Source: an uncultured Candidatus Peribacteria bacterium
Lineage (GTDB): Bacteria > Patescibacteriota > Gracilibacteria > Peribacterales > Peribacteraceae
Length of the DNA stretch: 64,000 nucleotides
NCBI GenBank assembly: GCA_964497975.1
Contig: CAZCFO010000002.1
Coordinates: 115,768 to 179,767, forward strand
Direction of reading: 5' to 3'
Shown: positions 11,145 to 19,674 of the stretch, in pieces
Layout: each line of letters opens with the position of its first letter
Numbering within the stretch: position 1 is the stretch's first letter
Program-made: the position numbers and the translations under genes
The notes under the pieces: generated by a model
What the model was told of the DNA's origin: nothing
Databases searched by the model: none
The model's input: only the letters and a program-made list of their open reading frames with translations

Positions 11145-12527
11145 ATGCATCGACGTTCCACGGCAGCTCTTGCCATCAGCCTCTCCCTGCAGATTCTCCT
11201 GCCGGTCTCTTCGGTGTCCGCAGCGACTCCCCCGTTCCCGGACATGAAGAATTCCTGGTACGGATATCAGGAGGCGGTGTCGTACCTCAAGGCGCGTGAC
11301 GCCATCGGGGGCTATCCCAACGGGACGTTCCAGCCGGCCGCGACCATCAACCGGGCGGAATTTCTCAAGCTCGTCTTCCGCTCCCGCACCGGCGCCGAGC
11401 CGCTGAGCGGCGACTGCTTCCTGGATGTCCCGGCCACGGCATGGTTCGCGCCGTTCGTGTGCGCGGCCCAGCGGAGAGGCGTCGTGGAGGGGAATCCCGC
11501 TCCGGGCGGCCGAGTCTTCCGGCCCGAACAGCCGGTGATCTTCGCCGAGGCCATCAAGATGCTGTTGCTCGCGTACGAGAAGCAGATTGACAACCCGCGC
11601 GTCCTGCCTGGCCAGCAATGGTTCGAGCCGTACGTGCAGGCGCTCGACCGTCTTCAGGTGCTTTCGCGCCACACGTACGTTCCCGGCGATCCGCTCACCC
11701 GCGAGCGCGCCGCGGATCTCATTTCGCGCTTTCTGCGGCGGGAAGAGGAAAAGACCGACCTGACCCGCTCGCCGGGATGCGGGAAGCCGACCCCCGAACC
11801 GCTCACGACCGTCCGCGCGGGCGGTGCCGACCGGGCCGTGTCGCTCACCGTCCCGCGTTCGTACAAGCCCGAGGCGGCTTCGCCGCTGATCATCGTCTTC
11901 TTCGGACGCACGGCGGACTATGAGCAGCTCAAGTCGTACATCGGTATCGAGGAGCAGGCGACGGACTACCTGGTCGCATACCCCACGCAGATCCGCAGCC
12001 CGTCCGGAAGCTTTTCGTGGAGCCCCTCGGGCGTCAGCGGGACGTCGGTGGATCTCTCGTACTTCGACGCGCTCGTCGAGACCATCGCCGGGCGGTACTG
12101 CATCGACATGGAGCGGATCTTCGTCGCCGGGTATTCCACCGGCGCATGGATGGCCAACAGCGTCGCGTGTCTCCGCGGCGGCGTGGTCCGCGCATCCGGG
12201 ACCGTCGCGGGCGACTCGGTGGCCGCGCGGTGCACCGGACCGTCGGCGGGCATGATCATCCACAATCCGAAGGACGGACTCGTCCCCTTTTCCGCCGCCG
12301 AGCGCACCCGCGATCAGCGCCTGCAATCCAACAACTGCCAGCAGCGCGCCGAGCTGGTCCAGCCTGACGCGCTCAAGTGCCAGCTGTACGAGGACTGCGA
12401 CGGCCGGAACACCGTCACGTGGTGCCCGCATGAGCTCGACAAGGATCCACGGGGAGTCTTCTATCCGGAGAACTGGCCCGCCCAGGCGCCAGCGGCGATC
12501 GTGAAGTTCTTCGATACATTCCGGTAG
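11145..12527 (+). CDS. secreted protein with SLH domains and a C-terminal alpha/beta-hydrolase (PHB-depolymerase/esterase-like) domain
   Basis: Signal peptide MHRRSTAALAISLSLQILLPVSSVSA. SLH-like FPDMKNSWYGYQEAVSYL...GYPNGTFQPAATINRAEFLKL and FLDVPATAWFAPFV. Nucleophile elbow GYSTG. Trimmed to the ATG at 11145. Confidence 0.7.
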   Translation: MHRRSTAALAISLSLQILLPVSSVSAATPPFPDMKNSWYGYQEAVSYLKARDAIGGYPNGTFQPAATINRAEFLKLVFRSRTGAEPLSGDCFLDVPATAWFAPFVCAAQRRGVVEGNPAPGGRVFRPEQPVIFAEAIKMLLLAYEKQIDNPRVLPGQQWFEPYVQALDRLQVLSRHTYVPGDPLTRERAADLISRFLRREEEKTDLTRSPGCGKPTPEPLTTVRAGGADRAVSLTVPRSYKPEAASPLIIVFFGRTADYEQLKSYIGIEEQATDYLVAYPTQIRSPSGSFSWSPSGVSGTSVDLSYFDALVETIAGRYCIDMERIFVAGYSTGAWMANSVACLRGGVVRASGTVAGDSVAARCTGPSAGMIIHNPKDGLVPFSAAERTRDQRLQSNNCQQRAELVQPDALKCQLYEDCDGRNTVTWCPHELDKDPRGVFYPENWPAQAPAAIVKFFDTFR

Positions 12528-12614
12528 ATCCATTTGCCGCGCTTGGTTGCGCATTAAGAAGATTGCGGCGCAATTTGTAGAAAAGCCCTGCCGCTTCCCT
12601 GTAGGCTTGCTTCC

Positions 12615-14450
12615 GTGCGTAAATTAACTTTTGTCCTTGCCGCTACCCTCCTGATTCTCTCCGTCGCGGAAACTGTTCCGATGGCGGAGGCAAAAGTGAT
12701 GCCTCTCGCCGAGCGCATCCGCATCCGCCGCAACCGGCGTCTGCCGGCCGCCATGGACGCGCTCAAGGTGATGTCCTCCACAAGCAGCTCCACATCCTCC
12801 GCCGGCCGCGCACCCGTCATGCGCCCACCGTCCATCCGCGCACGCCGCGCCCTGTCTTCGTCCAGTTCTTCCATCAGCTCCGGCATCAGCACGCCCATCC
12901 GCGGCGTTCTGCAGATCGACCAGGTTGCCTCCGGGCCCATGGACAACGTCGCGGGTTCGACCGCGGTGACGCTCCTGATGTTCGACGCCACCGTCGCGAA
13001 CGAAAATGTCGTCCTCTCCACGCTTAAGTTCCGCGCCGAACAGGGATCCCTGTCCGCGGCGGACCAGTACGAACTCCATGCCGTATCCTCCACCGGGCAG
13101 CGGACGCGGCTGTCCGTCGCCCCCTTCTCGTCCGACGTGATCGCGTTCCACGACCAGCGCATCCTCCTGCAGGAAGGCAAAACGCAGCGCTTCGCGATCA
13201 CCGCAAGACTGCGCTCCGGGGGATCGTCCTCGTCGATCGCACTGGGCTTCCTCACCTCCGATCCCCTCTTCATCCAGGCGAAAGGCATCCGGTACAACCG
13301 CGATCTGGCGCCCGGCATCCAGGTCGATGACATTCCCTGCAACGGCGCCTACGTCTGCCGGGTGATCGTCCACACGCGCCCGGCGGGCAACATCACGGTC
13401 CACACGCTCGGCAATCTTTTTGTCACCCGCGATACGCTCCCGTCTCCCTCCCGCCAGCTGCTCTTGGGGGAGAAATCCGATGCGGCCCTGCGACTCAAAT
13501 TCCACGCCACGGCCGAAGACGTCGCCGTCACGTACCTTTCAATCGGCGGCGGCAACGACAGCATCTTTGCGCTTGAGCTCTTTACCGACGGCTCTTCGAC
13601 GCCGTTTGCGACCGCACGCGAAGTCCAGTGCGACACGCCCACGCCGGGAGAATTCTGCGCGCGGATGGCGGACGGCATGTTCACCGTCCCGCAGGACCGC
13701 GACGTCCGCGTCCACGCACGGGCGGTCATGAAGGCCAACAGAGAAGGGGGCACGTCAGGCGAGACCGCCGCATTCACGCTCACCGATTCCACCTCGTCGC
13801 ACCTCGCCGTCAAAGCCCGCGGGCACAGCTCCGGCAAAGACCTTTCGCAGAACAACGGCAACTCGTCCACGGAGGGCGAAATCTTCATCGGGCGCGAATC
13901 ACCCGGCGGCAACTCCTCCATCACGTCGTCGACGCATGATGCCGTCGCCGCGAAGATCACGGGCATCTCCAATGCCAACGCCGATGCCGACCAGTCAGCG
14001 ATTCCGTACGGGCTCTCCACCTTCGGCGCATTCCGCTTTACCGCCGCGCCCAACCAGAATGCGCGCTTCGTAACCTTCACGAGGCTCGTCTTTACGGTCT
14101 CGGCGCTGAATTTTCAAGTCGCCGACATCCGGCTCTTCAATACCGCTGATAGCTCCAAAACGATCACCTGCTCCACCTCCGGCACGACGGGAACGATCAC
14201 CGTCACCTGCGACAATCCCGTCAATGGCACCGTGGTGACCTCCATCGATCAGGGCAGTACCGCCACCTTCGCTCTCCGCGGGTTCATCACCTCCGGCAAC
14301 ATCGGCGGCACGGCGTTCCTGCAGGCCACGCTTGGCAGCCTGGGCGACCGCAGCACGCCGGGGTCCGTGGAATGGACCGATGGCGAAAGCAGCTTCACCT
14401 GGATGGACGTTCCGGTGACGCAAGTACGGTCGACGCAGTATCGGTCGTGA
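12615..14450 (+). CDS. secreted Ser-rich hypothetical protein
   Basis: 611-aa ORF with GTG start, N-terminal signal-like segment LTFVLAATLLILSVAETVPMAEA, Ser runs, then a beta-rich region. No family recognised. Confidence 0.6.
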   Translation: MRKLTFVLAATLLILSVAETVPMAEAKVMPLAERIRIRRNRRLPAAMDALKVMSSTSSSTSSAGRAPVMRPPSIRARRALSSSSSSISSGISTPIRGVLQIDQVASGPMDNVAGSTAVTLLMFDATVANENVVLSTLKFRAEQGSLSAADQYELHAVSSTGQRTRLSVAPFSSDVIAFHDQRILLQEGKTQRFAITARLRSGGSSSSIALGFLTSDPLFIQAKGIRYNRDLAPGIQVDDIPCNGAYVCRVIVHTRPAGNITVHTLGNLFVTRDTLPSPSRQLLLGEKSDAALRLKFHATAEDVAVTYLSIGGGNDSIFALELFTDGSSTPFATAREVQCDTPTPGEFCARMADGMFTVPQDRDVRVHARAVMKANREGGTSGETAAFTLTDSTSSHLAVKARGHSSGKDLSQNNGNSSTEGEIFIGRESPGGNSSITSSTHDAVAAKITGISNANADADQSAIPYGLSTFGAFRFTAAPNQNARFVTFTRLVFTVSALNFQVADIRLFNTADSSKTITCSTSGTTGTITVTCDNPVNGTVVTSIDQGSTATFALRGFITSGNIGGTAFLQATLGSLGDRSTPGSVEWTDGESSFTWMDVPVTQVRSTQYRS

Positions 14451-14453
14451 TTA

Positions 14454-15479
14454 CTAGTCTTGAGAGCGATCAAATGCAGATTGCAATCCACCTCTTAAAT
14501 TCTTCCACGAGAATGCCTTGTCATACTCGCTACAAAATATTTCAGCTTTTTTTTGGTATTCATTAGTTGCCTTCGACCAGCGAAATAGTTTGCTTTTCTT
14601 GAGTTCGAAATTAATTCTAAATCCATTTGCCGTAAGTGGTTGCGGACGGTCTCTGTAGTATCTTGCGATATTTTCTTCAATTGTTGTTAATTTATCATCC
14701 CTTCTGTGTGGCTTTAACTCTTCCCTATTTTTTGCAGAACTAAAAATAAAAGTTATTTCGGCATAAATATTCTTCAATGACACCAATAAATAATCAGAAC
14801 CACTTGATGTCCTAATAATGCCTCCTGGGGGCAGGAAGAACTTTTGATTGGTTCCAATTAAACCAAAATAATCCTTTAGGCCGATTTCATTTCCTTTTGA
14901 TTCTCCACTACAAGTGATTCTCTGAGAGCCACCGGATAATCCAATAAACATCGGCTCTGCCTTGCAGCCCGCCCAGTCGGAATTCTTTACGTGCATCCAA
15001 GAGAGAGTGGCGGCTCCTAAAAGCTGTAAATCATACTGAGGGTGCTGTTTTGTTTCTGTCTTCTGCAACTGATCAATGCCACTTATTTCATTGTAACCGT
15101 CTAATTCTCCGTTCAGCCATGCGACATTATCATTGTATAAGGCGAATATCTCAGGGGATATTAAATCACCAGAACCAGTTTTAAAAAGCATTACATCAGT
15201 AGTGCAACTAATCGGCTCCAGTTTGTTATTGATGTTCCATAAGACAAAGCTAACTGAAGAAGCCACTACAAAAATTACTACTTTTATCCACGTATGCCAT
15301 TTTTTGTCAGCAACCCAAATACCCAAGCCCGCTATAAGAATTGTCGCAAGAAGTTGACCACCAATAACATCGCGATCTGTAGGATTTATAGGCCAATTTG
15401 CCCAGAATATAATAATTAAAATAGTAAATACGCAAGCTGCGATAGAGAGAATGATCGCGGGTTGTCTTTTTTTTCGCAT
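14454..15479 (-). CDS. hypothetical membrane protein (AT-rich gene)
   Basis: MRKKRQPAIILSIAACVFTILIIIFWA... with three N-terminal hydrophobic helices and a roughly 230-aa soluble domain. Trimmed to the ATG at 15479, where G+C changes. Confidence 0.6.
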   Translation of the reverse strand: MRKKRQPAIILSIAACVFTILIIIFWANWPINPTDRDVIGGQLLATILIAGLGIWVADKKWHTWIKVVIFVVASSVSFVLWNINNKLEPISCTTDVMLFKTGSGDLISPEIFALYNDNVAWLNGELDGYNEISGIDQLQKTETKQHPQYDLQLLGAATLSWMHVKNSDWAGCKAEPMFIGLSGGSQRITCSGESKGNEIGLKDYFGLIGTNQKFFLPPGGIIRTSSGSDYLLVSLKNIYAEITFIFSSAKNREELKPHRRDDKLTTIEENIARYYRDRPQPLTANGFRINFELKKSKLFRWSKATNEYQKKAEIFCSEYDKAFSWKNLRGGLQSAFDRSQD

Positions 15480-15752
15480 ATTTATTGAAGCAGTAATCAG
15501 GATCTTGGTTGGCTGGGCCTGACGCGCCGCATCCGTACTTTTTGCCGTTCCGGAGCCAAGAACGTGGCATTCGTGCGCTGCGATTTGCAGGCTCAACAGG
15601 TCCGATCGGCAGTTGGTGACGCGGATCTCAGCGTGCAACGGCGGAGCGAGTCAGGGAAGAGCGATGACCGCCAGAAGGCAGCCATCTGCTCCGCGCCTAT
15701 TTGCCACACCCCGGCCCCCGAGTTATAGGATGACCTGTTCCCACCTCTTTCG

Positions 15753-17270
15753 ATGAAATACTTCCTCTACTGCCGCAAATCGTCGGACCGGGAGGACCGC
15801 CAGATCCTGGGGCCCGAGGCGCAGAAGCGGCTCCTCCTGGAGTTCGCCGGTAAGAAGCACCTGGACGTCGTCGACGTCTACGTCGAGCACCAGACGGCGT
15901 ACAAGAGCGGCCGACCGCTCCTCAACGAGATGCTCAAGCGCCTGGAGCGGGGCGAGGGCGACGCCATCCTGACCTACCACCTGACGCGGCTGGCCAGAAA
16001 CAGCTTCGACGGCGGCCGGATCATCTACATGATGGACGAGCGGACCATCCGCGAGATCTCCACGCTGGAGAAGACCTACACCAACCACGCCGACGACAAG
16101 TTCCTGATGCAGATCCACTTCGCCATGGCGAAGAAAAGCTCGGACGACACCAGCCAGTTCGTGACCCGCGACATCGAGTCGAAGCTCCTTAAGGGGGAGT
16201 ACCCGGGCCTGGCCCCCCGCGGCTACCTCAACATCACCCGGGACGGGCACATCGCCCGCTCGCGCGACACGACGGAGCGCTACCTGCAGCTGCTCAAGCT
16301 CGGCCGGCCGCTGAGGCGCGAGGAGATCGACCCGGTGGAGGGCCCGCTCGTCCGCTGGCTCTTCGAGCAGGCCGCGGAGGGGAAGAAGACCGTGCGGCAG
16401 CTGCAGCGCCTGGGCTTCCAGGCGGGGCTGCGCTGCCCCAAGAGTGGGCGGATGCTCACCAAGGCCACCGTCCGCAACATCCTGACGAACCCCTACTACT
16501 ACGGGGCCATCGAGTACCGCGGGAAGCTCTACACCCAAAACGTCCAGCACGAGCCGCTCGTGTCCAAGGCGGTCTTCGACCGGGCCGTGCAGGCCCTGGG
16601 CCGGCGGGGGCGGTTCCGCAAGCACGTCTACACCTTCGGGCGGGGCTTCGCCCACTGCGGGAGCTGCGGCAGCGTGGTGACCGCGGAGACGCACAAGGGG
16701 CACGTCTACTACCGCTGCGCGAAGTCCAAGACCACCTGCGACCAGAAGAAGTTCGTCCGCGAGGAGGCGCTGGAGTACCAGGTGATCGAGCTGCTCGACG
16801 GCCTGCGGATACCCCGGGCGTTCGCGGAGTACGCCCGCGGCCGCCTGCCGCAGGTGCAGGCCGAGCAGGAAAAGGTCGCCGCCCACCTGCGCGGGCGCTA
16901 CGAGGCGCGGGTGGCCGAGTGCCAGGGGACGCTGGAGCGGCTGCTGGAGTTCAAGACGTCGCCCAACAACGCCGACGGCCGGCTGCTCTCCGACGAGGAG
17001 TACCTGCGGCAGCGCGAGCGCATCCTGGAGGAGCTGGACGCCTGCAAACGCCAGCTGTCTGGGCTCGGCGGGACCGCAGGGGCGGCCCCCGTGAAGGAGC
17101 TGCAGTCGCTGATCCACAGGTTCAACGACTCCACATCCGAGGAGAAGCAGTCGATCCTGCACCAACTCGGGACGAACTGGAAAGTCCGGGACGGGCGCAT
17201 CACCGGAGAGTTGCGGGAGCCGTATAGCACTCTGGTTGGCCTTGCGGCCAGCGGGCAAGGAAACGAATGA
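15753..17270 (+). CDS. large serine recombinase
   Basis: N-terminal resolvase motif YCRKSSDRED (catalytic Ser), TYHLTRLARN, a recombinase domain, Zn-ribbon CGSCGS...YYRC and a C-terminal coiled-coil-like region; 505 aa. Confidence 0.85.
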   Translation: MKYFLYCRKSSDREDRQILGPEAQKRLLLEFAGKKHLDVVDVYVEHQTAYKSGRPLLNEMLKRLERGEGDAILTYHLTRLARNSFDGGRIIYMMDERTIREISTLEKTYTNHADDKFLMQIHFAMAKKSSDDTSQFVTRDIESKLLKGEYPGLAPRGYLNITRDGHIARSRDTTERYLQLLKLGRPLRREEIDPVEGPLVRWLFEQAAEGKKTVRQLQRLGFQAGLRCPKSGRMLTKATVRNILTNPYYYGAIEYRGKLYTQNVQHEPLVSKAVFDRAVQALGRRGRFRKHVYTFGRGFAHCGSCGSVVTAETHKGHVYYRCAKSKTTCDQKKFVREEALEYQVIELLDGLRIPRAFAEYARGRLPQVQAEQEKVAAHLRGRYEARVAECQGTLERLLEFKTSPNNADGRLLSDEEYLRQRERILEELDACKRQLSGLGGTAGAAPVKELQSLIHRFNDSTSEEKQSILHQLGTNWKVRDGRITGELREPYSTLVGLAASGQGNE

Positions 17271-17281
17271 GTGACAAACAA

Positions 17282-18253
17282 TCAATCAAGATCGGGAGCT
17301 GATTCTAAATCAAACGAGCGGCCACCCACCTGCAAATTCTTCTTTGAAACCCAAACAAAACCTTTGTCGGGAGTAATAACAGCAACATCGACAGCCCCAC
17401 CCACGCCCGGAACGTCTCCCGGATCACCGCGTATGCCATCCGAGAATCGTTGGATAGCAGTTGTCGTTTGGATTAGAAGGACAGAAAAATCGATGCCGTC
17501 TTGTAACGTCATGGTCCCCCATTGGATAGCGTATTCTAGCTGCTGCAATTGCTGGTTTATAACATCCTGTCCTTGTGTGGAGAAGGCGTTATGAACAAAG
17601 GACAGGTTTCCAATTCGAGGATCAAACCCGAGAACGATCCTTGTTACGACATCAAACTGGCCGATCCAACTCGCCCCAAATTCTTGTCCCTTTTTTGTGC
17701 TATCTCTCTTTGTCTCGACTTCTCCTGGAACATTTACTATCAGGACTTGATGGGAACCATCAGGGTTATATCCGGCCAAATGGAACTGTAAGCGATCTAC
17801 CGCTGCCATGCCGGATTTTTCAATTCCTGCCGGATCAATAAAGGAAAATGTCAAATGTCCTTTTTCTTTCTTAAAAGAAATATTTGTGCAACCTTGCCTC
17901 TCCAGGTCAGCCTTGATTTGAAGAGGTAAGGCTTCGAGCTGTGCATGATACGGATATTTCTTTTCAAAAAAGTCCTCCAACTTTTTCCCGATTTCTTTGA
18001 TAGTCATTTTCTCAATCTCGTGAATTCTTTTAAATTCGTCAAGAAAGTGACTGATGTTCTTCTGTATACCATCTTGATCTTGTAGGAATGCCAAGCCTGC
18101 CATGATCACGCCGACTCTTTTCCCAAGGCGGTACACTTTCGATGCGGAGTCGGAGCCGATCCGGCTGATATTCTTGTGATTGCGATACGACTGCCGACTA
18201 TCTGCGGCGAGGACCATGCCTTCTGACGTGGTAGTGTTGATGCCGAGACTCAT
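17282..18253 (-). CDS. proteasome-beta-like Ntn (Thr) hydrolase with a large insertion
   Basis: MSLGIN-TTTSEGMVLAADSRQSY, GVIMAGLA and GGAVDVAVITPDKGF match the proteasome/HslV fold signature as I recall it. The ATG at 18253 overlaps the upstream stop (ATGA). Confidence 0.6.
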   Translation of the reverse strand: MSLGINTTTSEGMVLAADSRQSYRNHKNISRIGSDSASKVYRLGKRVGVIMAGLAFLQDQDGIQKNISHFLDEFKRIHEIEKMTIKEIGKKLEDFFEKKYPYHAQLEALPLQIKADLERQGCTNISFKKEKGHLTFSFIDPAGIEKSGMAAVDRLQFHLAGYNPDGSHQVLIVNVPGEVETKRDSTKKGQEFGASWIGQFDVVTRIVLGFDPRIGNLSFVHNAFSTQGQDVINQQLQQLEYAIQWGTMTLQDGIDFSVLLIQTTTAIQRFSDGIRGDPGDVPGVGGAVDVAVITPDKGFVWVSKKNLQVGGRSFDLESAPDLD

Positions 18254-19044
18254 AGATCGGAGGGAAAGAAGCGGAGTGCGAAGAACACGCCGAGAAACAG
18301 AACTGCCACCCAGGCGAGAGCCTCGATACCGAAGCCAATGCTCCCAGTTACAGTCTTGAAAAGCAGAAGTGCGATGCTTGACCACAGGGCAGCCGAAGGC
18401 ACCCGAATCGCAGAAGGTGCAGCTTGAGCGTTGCGACCCGCAGTCCATACCGATGGCCGCTGCGTATTTGAATTACTCGTTGAGACGTTTGAGTCGGAGG
18501 CGCTTGTTCCGTTTGCTTGCAAGGTGTGTGATTTGAAGCGCGCAGGATCAACATTCGCTAGCTGGTTCTTGGTAAATGGTGAGGCACCATTCGCTGGGGT
18601 AAAAGAGGGTCTAGGAATTAATTGTTCCATTGGCGCTCTGTGGTCGTACCTCGCGAATGGAAAGCGGAGTGCTGTGGGCATCCGCAATTCCCGATAGCTC
18701 TTGTCGGTCAGCTGCATTGAGCGGGGAGATTTCTTTACGAGGTAGCCTTTCTTGATCAGAGCGCCCACGACACCTGCCGCGGACTTGTGGTCTGAAAGGC
18801 CGATGGTATCCGCAATCTCTTGTAGGGTCGGTGCAGAGAGATACCGACAGCGGTATTCGAGAACGAATTGCAGAACTCGGAGCTGGTTTTTAGAAAGCAC
18901 GGTCGGTAGTTTACTACCCACTGGGTGGGTAGCGCAAGCGCACTGCGCAAAAAGCTGCTTTTTTTCGGTAAGAAAAGCTTCGCCTATCCTCTGCGTAAGC
19001 AAGGATTTGAACCCACTTTTTCGCTTCTGTTCGCCATCTAACAT
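18250..19044 (-). CDS. LexA-N-terminal-like winged-helix protein with a C-terminal membrane anchor
   Basis: LSKNQLRVLQFVLEYRCRYLSAPTLQEIADTIGLSDHKSAAGVVGALIKKGYLVKK resembles the LexA DNA-binding domain. Low-complexity linker, then two C-terminal hydrophobic segments. Trimmed to the ATG at 19044 so it does not overlap the tRNA. Confidence 0.55.
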   Translation of the reverse strand: MLDGEQKRKSGFKSLLTQRIGEAFLTEKKQLFAQCACATHPVGSKLPTVLSKNQLRVLQFVLEYRCRYLSAPTLQEIADTIGLSDHKSAAGVVGALIKKGYLVKKSPRSMQLTDKSYRELRMPTALRFPFARYDHRAPMEQLIPRPSFTPANGASPFTKNQLANVDPARFKSHTLQANGTSASDSNVSTSNSNTQRPSVWTAGRNAQAAPSAIRVPSAALWSSIALLLFKTVTGSIGFGIEALAWVAVLFLGVFFALRFFPSDL

Positions 19045-19110
19045 CGTGAATATTTTGTCGTGGGCGTCAACGATGGCGTACAGATGCCCAAAAAATAGGT
19101 GACAGAATTT

Positions 19111-19185
<75 letters not shown>

Positions 19186-19363
19186 ATGCGAGTGAAATGG
19201 TAGCAGAACCGCGACGTGCCCTGAACCGGAGCGCAGCGACTGGTTCAGGGCTCCCCAATGCGGAAGGAAGTTTACCAGAGTTCGTTTCCGGAAATGCACA
19301 ACGATATATCCTGCTTTGGATGCTCATTTCTCTATGTACGAGATCTTTAGAATACCTGCAATT

Positions 19364-19394
19364 GTATATACATTGTACGTACAAAAGTATATAC
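19364..19394 (+). promoter_or_regulatory. palindromic operator/promoter region of the toxin-antitoxin operon
   Basis: GTATATAC (19364-19371), TGTACGTACA (19374-19383) and GTATATAC (19387-19394) are each self-complementary. TATACT sits 6 nt before the ATG. Confidence 0.4.
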
Positions 19395-19401
19395 TAAACA
19401 C

Positions 19402-19674
19402 ATGACTACCACCATCCAAGTCCGGACTGATCAGGGAACAAAGAAGGCTGCCCAGCAGATTTTGCAGGCTCTTGGTTTGGATCTCAGCACAGCTATTAAT
19501 ATTTATCTGGTGCAGATTATTGAAAAACATGGCATCCCCTTTCCCATCGTGACCGAAAATGGATTGAGTGAGGAAACAGAGAAGTCGATTCTTAAAGATC
19601 TTGAAACTGCGAAGAAGAGCAGAAAGAGCTTTTCTTCTGCTAAATCCATGCACAGGGCTATACTTTCCAAGTGA
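19402..19674 (+). CDS. dinJ: RelB/DinJ-family antitoxin
   Basis: MTTTIQVRTDQGTKKAAQQILQALGLDLSTAINIYLVQIIEKHGIPF matches the DinJ/RelB ribbon-helix-helix N-terminus. Overlaps the toxin start by 4 nt. Confidence 0.75.
   Translation: MTTTIQVRTDQGTKKAAQQILQALGLDLSTAINIYLVQIIEKHGIPFPIVTENGLSEETEKSILKDLETAKKSRKSFSSAKSMHRAILSK

Larger units (their letters stand above)
14451..19110. mobile_element. putative integrated genomic islet abutting the 3' end of tRNA-Gln (serine recombinase plus AT-rich cargo)
   Basis: Abrupt G+C drop immediately after the stop at 14450. Contains a serine recombinase gene and ends at the tRNA. No att repeats found, so the borders are inferred from composition only. Confidence 0.45.

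Noticed and set aside
9499-12554. Long ORFs 9499..11247 (+, 582 aa) and 11049..12554 (-, 501 aa), plus 12554..13505 minus-strand ORFs.
   Set aside because: They are antisense or off-frame to copA, the SLH-esterase gene and the Ser-rich secreted protein gene. Composition is Arg/His/Gly/Asp-rich and no motifs are present.
14451-15752. A repeat of the tRNA-Gln 3' end (att site) at the far border of the islet.
   Set aside because: I looked for GGATTCGAACC / TGGCTGGGGAGG-like strings in 14440-15760 and found none. The integration mechanism and exact borders therefore remain unproven.
15723-17285. 520-aa ORF covering the whole recombinase gene on the opposite strand.
   Set aside because: It is a stop-free antisense frame caused by about 70-75% local G+C. 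The sequence is Leu/Pro/Gly/Arg/Val-rich with no motifs, whereas the plus strand has complete serine-recombinase motifs.
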